Assembly: GCA_018058135.1 (NCBI GenBank)
Contig: JAGPCK010000001.1
Location: 60,617-124,616, forward strand
Source: Bacteroidia bacterium
GTDB lineage: Bacteria; Bacteroidota; Bacteroidia; UKL13-3
Length of the DNA: 64,000 bases
Direction of reading: 5' to 3'
How positions within the stretch are numbered: position 1 is the stretch's first letter; every line of letters starts with the position of its first letter. Shown one piece after another: positions 55,626 to 64,000 of this stretch. The notes beneath the pieces were generated by a model. The model ran no database searches. It was not told the DNA's origin and was given only the letters and a program-made list of their open reading frames with translations. The translations under genes were made by a program, and so were the position numbers.

Positions 55626-56525
55626 TTGAACTGGCAAAGTTACCTCAAAGGTTACCGCTCCTGGTTGCAGCTGGAGAAATCGCTTTCACACAACAGCATG
55701 GAAGCTTACCTGCATGATGTAGAAAAACTATTGCAATTTTTTGCTCACAAAAAACTGGAACGCACGCCTGAGAATGTAACCTACGAAGACCTTACCGAAT
55801 TTATACGATGGATTAATGAACTGGGCATGACAGCTACCTCGCAAGCGCGTATCATCAGCGGACTGAAATCTTTTTATAAATACCTTTTGATTGAAGACGT
55901 GCTCAAAAAAACACCCACTGAATTGCTGGAAGCACCAAAAACCATCCGGCACTTACCAGATGTGCTGGCCGTAAGTGAAATTGACGCGCTGATTGCTGCC
56001 ATTGATTTGAGCAAGCCGGAAGGCATGCGCAACAAGGCTATTTTAGAAACCATGTTCAGCTGCGGATTGCGAGTGAGTGAAACCGTGAACCTGCACATAA
56101 GTCACATTTTTTTTGATGATGAATTTGTGAAGGTAACCGGAAAAGGTGACAAGGAACGTTTGGTGCCCATTGGCCAATCAGCTATTAAGGCTATACGTTT
56201 ATACAAAGACAACGTGCGCAATCACCTGGAAATAAAAGCAGGGAACTCCGACATTCTTTTTCTTAACCGCAGAGGAAGTAAAATGAGCCGGGGAATGATT
56301 TTTTACATCATTAAAGAACTGGCTAAAAACATCGGGTTAAAGAAAAATATCAGTCCGCACACGTTCAGGCATTCTTTTGCTACAGCTCTGGTAGAAGGCG
56401 GTGCCGACCTGCGTGCCGTACAACAAATGCTGGGACACGAAAGCATAACCACTACCGAAATTTACACGCATCTTGACCGCGAGTACCTGCGCGAAACCCT
56501 GATGCAGTTTCACCCGAGGGCATGA
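55626..56525 (+). CDS. xerD: Tyrosine site-specific recombinase XerD
   Basis: ..SPHTFRHSFATALVEGGADLRAVQQMLGHESITTTEIYTHL.. carries the R..H..R..Y catalytic signature. The N-terminal SAM-like domain aligns with XerD. The exact start is uncertain: the track's start is a TTG at 55626 and the first ATG is at 55698. Confidence 0.8.
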   Translation: MNWQSYLKGYRSWLQLEKSLSHNSMEAYLHDVEKLLQFFAHKKLERTPENVTYEDLTEFIRWINELGMTATSQARIISGLKSFYKYLLIEDVLKKTPTELLEAPKTIRHLPDVLAVSEIDALIAAIDLSKPEGMRNKAILETMFSCGLRVSETVNLHISHIFFDDEFVKVTGKGDKERLVPIGQSAIKAIRLYKDNVRNHLEIKAGNSDILFLNRRGSKMSRGMIFYIIKELAKNIGLKKNISPHTFRHSFATALVEGGADLRAVQQMLGHESITTTEIYTHLDREYLRETLMQFHPRA

Positions 56526-56980
56526 AATACAATACAACCATGAATACAACTGCTTTAACAGAAATTTACCTCAACGGCCTTCAGCAACTGGAAACAGAAA
56601 TTGCCGCTTACACCAGCGATGAACAACTTTGGTTAACAACGGATGGCATCAGCAATTCAGGTGGCAACCTTTGCCTGCACCTACTGGGTAACCTCAACCA
56701 TTACATCGGGGCAACACTTGGCCACACAGCTTATGTGCGCAACCGTGATGCAGAGTTCAGCAACAAGAATATTCCGCGGGCTGAGTTACTTTCTGCTCTT
56801 GCAGCCACCAAAACAATGGTGGAGCAAGTACTTCCCTCCCTAACAGCTGAACAACTGAAACAAGAATACCCTTTCGATTTTAAAGGCAAACAAACTACCG
56901 AATGGTACCTGTTGCTTTTGGTGTCGCACTTCAACTACCACTTGGGACAAATTAACTACCACCGCAGGTTGGTGAGGTAA
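56522..56980 (+). CDS. DinB/YfiT-like (DinB_2, DUF1572-type) four-helix-bundle metal-dependent protein
   Basis: ..LCLHLLGNLNHYIG..LLLLVSHFNYHLGQINYHRR, His-rich helix motifs of the DinB_2 superfamily. Start codon overlaps the xerD stop (ATGA). Confidence 0.6.
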   Translation: MKYNTTMNTTALTEIYLNGLQQLETEIAAYTSDEQLWLTTDGISNSGGNLCLHLLGNLNHYIGATLGHTAYVRNRDAEFSNKNIPRAELLSALAATKTMVEQVLPSLTAEQLKQEYPFDFKGKQTTEWYLLLLVSHFNYHLGQINYHRRLVR

Positions 56981-57064
56981 CACTTGAACTTAAAATGTCA
57001 CATTTGAATTAACAAGCAACCTATAAAATCATTCTTGTATCTTTGAATTAACTGTTGCCCTGTT

Positions 57065-58408
57065 ATGAGAAAAAATCATCTTGTATTTCTGTTAATACTT
57101 TTGTTTTATAATAACAAGAGTGTATCGGCTCAAGTTTTATCTGGCCAGTTAATTACGAACAATTACGTCTGTTCCAATCAGCGCTTCAATCCATCGCCTG
57201 ATAAGTTCCCCCATCCTCTGGATTCTATTGTAAACTCGTTTATACCTTACAAAAATGTGGTTGTTTTAAAAACTAATTATAAACTCAAAAACAATCAGCA
57301 ATGGGCTCCTCTCTTTGAAAATATTTACTACTACGACAATCAGTCACACATAACACTATCTAAAGCTAATATCAACAACTCTTTATATGATAGTACAATT
57401 TATACGTGGAGCGGAAACCGATTAATAAATGAGCATCGATTGGCCAAATTCCCTCAATATACAGAGGAGTATAAAGCAAATTACACCTACACAAACAACC
57501 GTTTAAAAACTCGCTCCATTTTTAGTGCATCACTTTTCCCTGGCGCCCCTTTGAATTACTCTGTGACTCTATTCAAAGCAGACACATTCTATTATTACCT
57601 TAGTAACTTTACCGCTGCTATTAAAAGTGAAAGCAGAGTTTACTCACGTTTTGCAGATACTATAAATGAAAACATAATTTATCACTATAATTCCGATAAA
57701 ACCGTTGAGCGAATAGACTCAGAAAGACAGAGAGAAAGTTATATTTATAATTCAGAGGGGCGAATAATTTATCTGCAAATAACCACTAAGCCATTTAGTG
57801 AAAATTGGCTTTCAAATCATTATACATTCAAGTATGATGAGAGTGGACGATTATCGGCCTATCAGTATTTCCGTTTTAACAATCAAACTAATGATACTTT
57901 TTATTTCGAATCAATTTGGGGATTATCATACGCCCCAACATCCAGTGGCTGGCATATAGCAAACCATTCCTTTCTATCTAGAAGAAAAGTTGATAGTGTA
58001 TTTGTGAACTTCAATGACCGGGTAAATTACCAATATGACAGCATTACGGGTTATTTAAAACAGGTTACCTATTCTCAGCCTGATAATAACGGTGAATATA
58101 AAGACTACTATAAAATCGAACTTCGTTATTTGCAAAATCCATTGCTGCTAAATAAAATTCCAGAAGCACTAAGCTGTCGAATTTACCCTAATCCAGCAAA
58201 TGACATTTTAGTTATTGAAAATACACAAGACATGTTTAAAGTAGAATGGTACAATTCATCTGGAGCAATAGTAGGTGTTCCAACAAAAGAAAAGACTACA
58301 AGCTATACTTCGTTTGACACCTCTGCGCTACCTGATGGACTTTACTTACTTAAAGGGTCACACGAAAAAACATCATTAAGTTTAATGAAAGTTCTTGTTA
58401 AACACTAA
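57065..58408 (+). CDS. YD-repeat (RHS-like) protein with T9SS type A C-terminal sorting domain
   Basis: Signal MRKNHLVFLLILLFYNNKSVSAQ. YD-type repeats IYYYDNQSHI, YTYTNNRLKT, YIYNSEGRIIYL, FKYDESGRLSAY, YQYDSITGYLKQVTY. C-terminus CRIYPNPANDILVIEN...GLYLLKGSHEK. Confidence 0.7.
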   Translation: MRKNHLVFLLILLFYNNKSVSAQVLSGQLITNNYVCSNQRFNPSPDKFPHPLDSIVNSFIPYKNVVVLKTNYKLKNNQQWAPLFENIYYYDNQSHITLSKANINNSLYDSTIYTWSGNRLINEHRLAKFPQYTEEYKANYTYTNNRLKTRSIFSASLFPGAPLNYSVTLFKADTFYYYLSNFTAAIKSESRVYSRFADTINENIIYHYNSDKTVERIDSERQRESYIYNSEGRIIYLQITTKPFSENWLSNHYTFKYDESGRLSAYQYFRFNNQTNDTFYFESIWGLSYAPTSSGWHIANHSFLSRRKVDSVFVNFNDRVNYQYDSITGYLKQVTYSQPDNNGEYKDYYKIELRYLQNPLLLNKIPEALSCRIYPNPANDILVIENTQDMFKVEWYNSSGAIVGVPTKEKTTSYTSFDTSALPDGLYLLKGSHEKTSLSLMKVLVKH

Positions 58409-58419
58409 ATGCCAACAAC

Positions 58420-60396
58420 TCAAAAACTCATCAATTCCAGCAAGTCTTTCTTAAAGCGTTCTTTGGGTAAAAAGTTTTGTTCCAATGAAACAGCAAAAGG
58501 TACAGGAGTATCCAAACTACCGGTGCGGTATACCGGAGCATCTAATTTTTTGAAGCAATGTTTACCAATGTGTGCGGCAATCTCGGCACCTATGCCGCCT
58601 GTTTCGCAGTCTTCATGAAACACTATGGCCTTACCTGTTTTGTTCACACTGGCTTCTACGGCTGTTTTATCCCAGGGCAATAAAGAACGCAGGTCAATTA
58701 TATCAGCATCAATGCTCAACTCTTTACATACTTCCATGGCCCAATGCACGGCTGCTCCGTAAGTGATTATGCTTACTTCATTTCCTTCCTTTACAGTTTT
58801 AGCTTTACCTATTTCAATGGTGTAGTAGTCATCGAACACGTCTTCTTCAAAACTTCTGTACATGGCTTTGTGCTCGAAAAAAAGCACCGGGTTGGGATCT
58901 TCAAAAGCAGCCAGCAACAAACCTTTGGCATCAGAAGGGGTAGAAGGATAAAGTACTTTTAATCCGGGAGTGTGAAAGAACCAGGCTTCGTTACTTTGCG
59001 AATGAAAAGGGCCTGCACCCACGCCAGCCCCTGTAGGCATACGCACCACCACATCAGCAGGTTGTGCCCAGCGGTAATGTGATTTAGCGAGGTTGTTAAT
59101 TATCTGATTAAATCCGCAGGTTACAAAATCTGCAAACTGCATTTCCACCATGGCCTTCATGCCTTTGATGGAAAGTCCGTAGGCCGAACCAATGATGGCA
59201 CTTTCACACAAGGGAGTATTACGCACCCGTCCTTTGCCAAACTGCTCAACAAATCCTTGCGTGGCTTTAAACACACCACCGTATTCCGCAATGTCTTGTC
59301 CCATTAACACCAGGTTATTGTGCTTTTCCATAGCCTGTCGTAAACCGTCAGACACTGCGTCAATCAACCGTTTAGGACTCTTTTTATCAGTAGCCGGTTC
59401 ACTCACCACCTGCACATGTGGGGCATACACATCGGCCATCTCATAGGCAGTATCCGGTATAATATCGGGTTGTGCAAACACTTCTTCTACCGCGTGGTCA
59501 ATTTCATTTTTAATTTCGTTGCGGTAGGTTTCTATCAGTTCAGGTGTAAGAATATTTTGTTCCAGTAAGTATGCTTCAAAGTTGCTGAGCGGGTCTTTTT
59601 TTCCCCATTCATCAAACAACTCCTGCGGAACATATTTGGTACCTGAAGCCTCTTCATGTCCGCGCATACGGAAAGTCATGCACTCCAGCAACACCGGGCG
59701 AGGTTTGTGACGCATGGATACTGCGAGATTTTTTACGGCATCGTAAACAGCCAGCACATTGTTGCCATCTACTTGCGACACTTCCATCCCGTAACCAATA
59801 CCTTTATCAATAAAACGTTTGCACCTGAACTGTTCATTGCTGGGTGTAGATAATCCATAGCCGTTGTTCTCTACTAAAAATATTACCGGCAGTTCCCATA
59901 CCGCAGCTGTATTTAACGCTTCATGAAAATCTCCTTCGCTTGCTCCACCATCACCGGAAAAAACCAGCGCCACCTTTTTTTCTTCTTTGAGTAGGCCTGC
60001 GAGTGCAATACCATCGGCCACACCCAACATAGCACCCAAATGAGATATCATACCCACAATGTGATACTCGTTAGTACCAAAGTGAAAAGAACGTTCACGC
60101 CCTTTACTGAAACCGCTGAACTTGCCTTGCCATTGTGCAAGCAATTTGGTTAACGGAATATCGCGGTTGGTAAATACACCCAGATTGCGGTGCAATGGCA
60201 AAATGTATTCTTCTTTTTCCAAAGCCAACGTAGCTCCCGCAGAGATAGCTTCCTGGCCTATACCTGAAAACCATTTGCTCACTTTACCCTGACGCAGCAG
60301 GATGAGCATTTTTTCTTCAATCATGCGTGGCTTCAGAATGCCCTTGTATAAACGCAACAACAACTCGTTGTCGTAATATTTCTTTTGAAAATCCAT
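58420..60396 (-). CDS. Thiamine-diphosphate-dependent 2-oxoacid dehydrogenase E1 component, fused alpha/beta subunits
   Basis: ATG at 60396 (MDFQKKYYDNELL). N-terminal half carries the alpha-subunit TPP motif ..GDGGASEGDFHEALN..; C-terminal half is the beta/transketolase-like part ..MGQDIAEYGGVFKATQGF... 659 aa. Confidence 0.8.
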   Translation of the reverse strand: MDFQKKYYDNELLLRLYKGILKPRMIEEKMLILLRQGKVSKWFSGIGQEAISAGATLALEKEEYILPLHRNLGVFTNRDIPLTKLLAQWQGKFSGFSKGRERSFHFGTNEYHIVGMISHLGAMLGVADGIALAGLLKEEKKVALVFSGDGGASEGDFHEALNTAAVWELPVIFLVENNGYGLSTPSNEQFRCKRFIDKGIGYGMEVSQVDGNNVLAVYDAVKNLAVSMRHKPRPVLLECMTFRMRGHEEASGTKYVPQELFDEWGKKDPLSNFEAYLLEQNILTPELIETYRNEIKNEIDHAVEEVFAQPDIIPDTAYEMADVYAPHVQVVSEPATDKKSPKRLIDAVSDGLRQAMEKHNNLVLMGQDIAEYGGVFKATQGFVEQFGKGRVRNTPLCESAIIGSAYGLSIKGMKAMVEMQFADFVTCGFNQIINNLAKSHYRWAQPADVVVRMPTGAGVGAGPFHSQSNEAWFFHTPGLKVLYPSTPSDAKGLLLAAFEDPNPVLFFEHKAMYRSFEEDVFDDYYTIEIGKAKTVKEGNEVSIITYGAAVHWAMEVCKELSIDADIIDLRSLLPWDKTAVEASVNKTGKAIVFHEDCETGGIGAEIAAHIGKHCFKKLDAPVYRTGSLDTPVPFAVSLEQNFLPKERFKKDLLELMSF

Positions 60397-60438
60397 ACAG
60401 GGCAAAGGTAAGAAAAGCGGGTATTTAAACGCGCCTTA

Positions 60439-61830
60439 TTACTTGAATTCGTAGCAGCCTATATCCGGCTGTGCATCGCGGGTTTCTCCGTCAAAATCAA
60501 TTGGTACACCAACGTTGGTTCCTTTGTTGATGCAGGGTGAGGCCGCTGAGAGTTTAAAATCGTTTTTATTGAAATTTTTATACAACGGGTCGAGGTTAAA
60601 CAGGTTATTGGCATTGGTGGGTACAACACCCTCTTTGGTTTGTTTAATCAGGCAAAAACGCAGGTTTCTGGTGATTATACCCTGCCCTTCGGTATTTAAC
60701 TCTACCTCATCTTCTTCACTGCCGTCAATAATGCAGTTGGCAACATCATACGTAAGGTTGTTGATGGTAACCGGACCTCCTTCGGGTTCAAAGTTGGCAT
60801 TGCTTAAATAAAATGAAGGGTCTGTTCTTCCCTGAAAATTATTGTAGGCTGAAAACGTACAATGGTAAAGGGTGTAGTTGCCTCCCAACTCTCCCACAAA
60901 AGAGTAGGTTCCCATGTTATACACCAAACAATTGGTGGCTTTAATGGTGGAAGTATAACCCACCATGCCCGCACCGCTCATGTTGCGGATAATGGTGTGT
61001 GAAATGTTCAGGTTTTCTATTCCGTTAAGAGGGATGGAATCGGCTTCTACACCAACAATCCCGTTTTTAATAACCGCATACGTAATTTTATTGTTAATGC
61101 TTCGCGGTAAAAAACGAATGCCTACCCACTGCGAAGGAATTTCTTTGTAAGCATCTTCCAAACGGTCGCCTTCAAACGTTACCGGATTCGCTTTAGTACC
61201 GTTTACCTCCAAAGTTCCGCCTACATAAAATGTTGACCCGATGTGGGAGTGTATACGAACACCTTCCTGAATAGTGAGTTTACAGCCTTGCGGCACCAGA
61301 ACCGAGTTGTAAATTACATAGGGTTTATCGTTGGTCCACGTAGTGTTACAGGCTATTTCTTCTCCGTTAAAATAATGGGCGTTTTGTCCCCAGCCTACCA
61401 ATTGTACATCCTGAATATTGCCATTGGTTTCAAAGATGAGTGAGTCATTAATGACAAACGGATTCAGTGCATTATCGGGGTTAATGTAAATCTGAACAAA
61501 AAGAAAGATGCTGTCTTTGCCGCGTATTTCATAGTCCCTCACCTCAGGACCGGCTATTCCGTCAATATTAATTTTGAAATAGGAGCTGAACATATTGGCC
61601 ACACGAATGGTGGTACGTACCGCATTTTTATTTCGGTTGTATATGCGCAGTTGTTTGGTAACGGAAGCTGGCTTTTGTGTACCGAATCCTGTGAACACGG
61701 TATCAAACAACACCGTATCCAGTGAGAACTCCAGCTTTGCTGAAGGATCAGTGGTTACATCCTCTTCTTTTCTACAAGCAGAAAATGCTGCCAGTATAAT
61801 CAGAAAATATATGATCCGTATGGATTTCAT
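60439..61830 (-). CDS. Lipoprotein with right-handed parallel beta-helix repeats
   Basis: MKSIRIIYFLIILAAFSACRKEE (lipobox). Repeated ..N.I..N.....G..V motifs, e.g. NGIVGVEADSIPLNGIENLNISHTIIRNMSGAGMVGY. Confidence 0.55.
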   Translation of the reverse strand: MKSIRIIYFLIILAAFSACRKEEDVTTDPSAKLEFSLDTVLFDTVFTGFGTQKPASVTKQLRIYNRNKNAVRTTIRVANMFSSYFKINIDGIAGPEVRDYEIRGKDSIFLFVQIYINPDNALNPFVINDSLIFETNGNIQDVQLVGWGQNAHYFNGEEIACNTTWTNDKPYVIYNSVLVPQGCKLTIQEGVRIHSHIGSTFYVGGTLEVNGTKANPVTFEGDRLEDAYKEIPSQWVGIRFLPRSINNKITYAVIKNGIVGVEADSIPLNGIENLNISHTIIRNMSGAGMVGYTSTIKATNCLVYNMGTYSFVGELGGNYTLYHCTFSAYNNFQGRTDPSFYLSNANFEPEGGPVTINNLTYDVANCIIDGSEEDEVELNTEGQGIITRNLRFCLIKQTKEGVVPTNANNLFNLDPLYKNFNKNDFKLSAASPCINKGTNVGVPIDFDGETRDAQPDIGCYEFK

Positions 61831-61933
61831 GGGTACAATAATAGGCTAAAACGCAGAAACGGACCGGATAGTATAGTGCAAAGTAAAAAGCGACACACCG
61901 GATGATGTTGCTCTGATGTGTTTTATGGCGAAC

Positions 61934-62920
61934 TTATTCAACGTCTTCAAGAAACTCTTTGAGGGAAGAAATGTTGGGTACCTCTACCGCGTTTACATTA
62001 CGTAAATCGGCCAGCTTAAGTGTGAAGGCATCTAAGCGGTAAATCAGCGCAAACATGGAACCCAAATCATATTCATCAAAGGCAATGTTAAGTACCTTGT
62101 GGTATTCCACCTCCAGCAAAGATGTGAGAAAATCGAAACGAGCTTCTACACGATCATTTTTCCCGCTACGCAAAAAGAAAAATACAGACGGCACATTACC
62201 ATAGTAAGTTTCAATGACGTTGTGATTGGCTTCTGGTAAGGTGTGTTGAAATGCTTCGTGTTTGGCATTTTCCTGTATTTGCTGTGCAAAACGAATACCG
62301 ACCCCTTCAAGTGCTGCATCAGTTACAATGATTACTTTGTTGGAAATCTGTTTCTGTACCTGATTCAAAAGATTCTCTGCTTCCGATTCATAGTGAGCTG
62401 CGCGTTCACGAATGCGGGAAGCAATGGTAGACAATTCTGTTTTTGCTGCATCAAGTTCGTTTAAAAATTCCGAAAAAATGAGCAAGAGGAAGGTTAGCGG
62501 ATAACAAAGTGCCATGCGGGGTTGAAAGCCTTTTTCCGCAATTAAATGATACATTCCATCGGCTTGTGCTTTCTCCAGAATTTTCCCACCGGTAGTGAGC
62601 ACAAGCGGCTTTAATCCTTTGGCAATTGCTTCATTGTACATGGTGAGCGTTTCTTCTGTATTGCCTGAATAGGAGCATAACAGCAACAACGTTTTCGAAT
62701 CAGCATAAAAAGGCAGGTGATAGTCACTCACAATTTCAACTGGTAGTGGAAGTTTTTCAGCAAACCAAATTCTGGTAATTCTGCCACCAATGCCTGAGCC
62801 TCCCAAACCACCAATAACTACATTGGTATAATCGGAAATTTTCAGTCCGTGGTTTTTATAGTTGTTTAGAGAGAATTCTATCTGATCCGGAAACTTACGC
62901 AATGCTTCTTCTTTTGTCAT
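61934..62920 (-). CDS. Bifunctional phosphoglucose/phosphomannose isomerase (SIS domain)
   Basis: ..NVVIGGLGGSGIGGRI.....LLLLCSYSGNTEETL..; 328 aa. Lies 18 bp downstream of the rfbA start, so both are on the same strand and probably in one operon. Confidence 0.75.
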   Translation of the reverse strand: MTKEEALRKFPDQIEFSLNNYKNHGLKISDYTNVVIGGLGGSGIGGRITRIWFAEKLPLPVEIVSDYHLPFYADSKTLLLLCSYSGNTEETLTMYNEAIAKGLKPLVLTTGGKILEKAQADGMYHLIAEKGFQPRMALCYPLTFLLLIFSEFLNELDAAKTELSTIASRIRERAAHYESEAENLLNQVQKQISNKVIIVTDAALEGVGIRFAQQIQENAKHEAFQHTLPEANHNVIETYYGNVPSVFFFLRSGKNDRVEARFDFLTSLLEVEYHKVLNIAFDEYDLGSMFALIYRLDAFTLKLADLRNVNAVEVPNISSLKEFLEDVE

Positions 62921-62938
62921 ATCGTCCTTTTCTGTTCT

Positions 62939-63799
62939 TTATTTAATTAGTTTAATGAGGTAGGTTCCATAACCGCTCTTCATTAGTTTTTCTGCTTGTT
63001 GAGTGAGTTCTGTTTTGTTTATCCAGCCGTTCTTGTAGGCTATTTCTTCAATGCAACCAATCTTCAATCCTTGTCTTTCTTCTATTACCTGAACAAACTG
63101 ACCCGCCTGCATCAGCGAGGCAAAGGTACCCGTATCTAACCAGGCTGTGCCGCGTTGCAAAACCCCCACTTTTAATTTACCCCGCTCAAGATAAACGCGG
63201 TTTACATCAGTAATCTCCAACTCACCCCGTGGCGAAGGTTGAATGTTTTTAGCGATGTTCACCACTTCATTGTCATAAAAATATAACCCCGGAACAGCAT
63301 AGTTTGATTTGGGATGGGTCGGTTTTTCTTCAATACTTTTGGCATTCATGTGCTCATCAAATTCAACCACGCCATAACGTTCAGGATCACTAACGTGGTA
63401 AGCGAATACTACACCTCCGTCAGGATTATTGTTTTCCTGAAGCAATTTACTCAAACCTGAACTGAAGAAAATATTGTCTCCGAGAATGAGTGCCACTTTA
63501 TCATTACCAATAAATTTCTCTCCGATAATGAAGGCTTGTGCCAGTCCATCCGGACTAGGTTGCTCTGCATATTCAAAACGGCATCCTACCTGTGAACCGT
63601 CACCTAATAGTTTCTTAAAACCGGGCAAATCATGTGGTGTTGAAATAATCAATATCTCCCGAATACCGGCCAACATCAGCGTTGAAAGCGGATAATAAAT
63701 CATGGGTTTATCGTACACCGGCATCAACTGTTTGCTTACAGCAAGTGTTAAGGGGTGTAATCGGGTGCCGCTTCCTCCGGCTAAAATGATGCCTTTCAT
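62939..63799 (-). CDS. rfbA: Glucose-1-phosphate thymidylyltransferase
   Basis: ATG at 63799 gives [54 protein letters not shown]; the track's 63808 start is a TTG. Confidence 0.92.
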   Translation of the reverse strand: MKGIILAGGSGTRLHPLTLAVSKQLMPVYDKPMIYYPLSTLMLAGIREILIISTPHDLPGFKKLLGDGSQVGCRFEYAEQPSPDGLAQAFIIGEKFIGNDKVALILGDNIFFSSGLSKLLQENNNPDGGVVFAYHVSDPERYGVVEFDEHMNAKSIEEKPTHPKSNYAVPGLYFYDNEVVNIAKNIQPSPRGELEITDVNRVYLERGKLKVGVLQRGTAWLDTGTFASLMQAGQFVQVIEERQGLKIGCIEEIAYKNGWINKTELTQQAEKLMKSGYGTYLIKLIK

Positions 63800-63830
63800 G
63801 GTGTGCAAAATACGTTTAGTTCATCAAAAA

Positions 63831-64000
63831 TCAGCGATTGCTGTACATGGCTTGGTAATAATTCTGGTAAACTCCGCTGGTTACATCATCCATCCACTGC
63901 TGATTACTCAGGTACCAGTCAACTGTTTTTTCTATACCTTCTTCAAACTGCAGTGATGGTTTCCAGCCTAACTCGTTCATTATTTTGTTGGCATCAATAG
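63831..64000 (-). CDS. rfbB: dTDP-glucose 4,6-dehydratase, C-terminal end only (the 5' end lies beyond the window)
   Basis: Reverse-strand translation ..MNELGWKPSLQFEEGIEKTVDWYLSNQQWMDDVTSGVYQNYYQAMYSNR* matches the RfbB C-terminus. Truncated at the window edge. Confidence 0.8.
   Translation of the reverse strand, partial: IDANKIMNELGWKPSLQFEEGIEKTVDWYLSNQQWMDDVTSGVYQNYYQAMYSNR

Noticed and set aside
55626-56525. XerD as the integrase responsible for the gdh and DUF4476 islands
   Set aside because: The sequence and context (between aroQ and a DinB-like gene, 35-40 kb from the islands) fit the housekeeping chromosome-dimer-resolution XerD, not an island-borne integrase.
1-64000. Transposases, IS elements, phage genes, restriction-modification or other defence genes
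   Set aside because: No translation in any frame showed DDE, HNH, helicase, methyltransferase (other than RlmD) or nuclease signatures. The accessory content is surface cargo and signalling, not defence.

Overview
This 64 kb window looks like a Bacteroidota chromosome segment, probably Chitinophagia- or Sphingobacteriia-like. The evidence is many type IX secretion (T9SS) C-terminal sorting domains of type A and type B, delta-60 repeats, and a Rho factor with an N/G/Q-rich insertion. Housekeeping genes are interleaved with accessory blocks. The housekeeping set is feoAB, an SRPBCC protein, gdh, lpd, prolyl oligopeptidase, rlmD, usp, rho, a GT2, aroQ, xerD, a fused E1 dehydrogenase, pgi/pmi and rfbA plus partial rfbB. 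The ORF track marks TTG and GTG starts as M, so several starts were re-placed on the first ATG preceding a convincing signal peptide.

Five accessory structures stand out, and they are the main candidates for anything new:
1. gdh-flanked islands. Two partial direct copies of the gdh 3' end, each covering the last 28-55 codons and 10-95 bp of downstream sequence, lie 1 kb and 12.5 kb away from the intact gdh gene. Together they bracket two islands: a 1 kb AT-rich single-gene island, and a roughly 11.4 kb island carrying a 1884-aa RCC1 beta-propeller plus Ig-repeat T9SS protein, a delta-60-repeat T9SS protein, and a divergently transcribed LytS-type kinase with a LytTR regulator.
2. DUF4476-flanked island. 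The same architecture recurs where a 90 bp remnant of the 3' end of a DUF4476 gene sits on the far side of a 3.6 kb island that encodes a lipoprotein, a beta-barrel protein and a WD40 T9SS protein.
3. Signalling cluster with giant repeat protein. A receiver-only protein, two tandem TPR histidine kinases, a degenerate membrane-less LytS-like kinase and a LytTR regulator sit directly upstream of a 2793-aa T9SS cargo. That cargo is built from about 27 copies of a roughly 95-aa repeat I do not recognise (W-I/L-Y-R-D-N-N-G-x-W ... Y-R-A ... C-x-x-D-T).
4. Hairpin-punctuated AT-rich genes. Two very AT-rich small secreted-protein genes are each followed within 8 bp by a GC-rich hairpin repeat, and a second repeat family flanks the block.
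5. Rho insertion. The Rho gene carries an RGN-repeat prion-like N-terminal insertion.

No tRNA or rRNA gene, CRISPR array, transposase or integrase other than xerD was seen.
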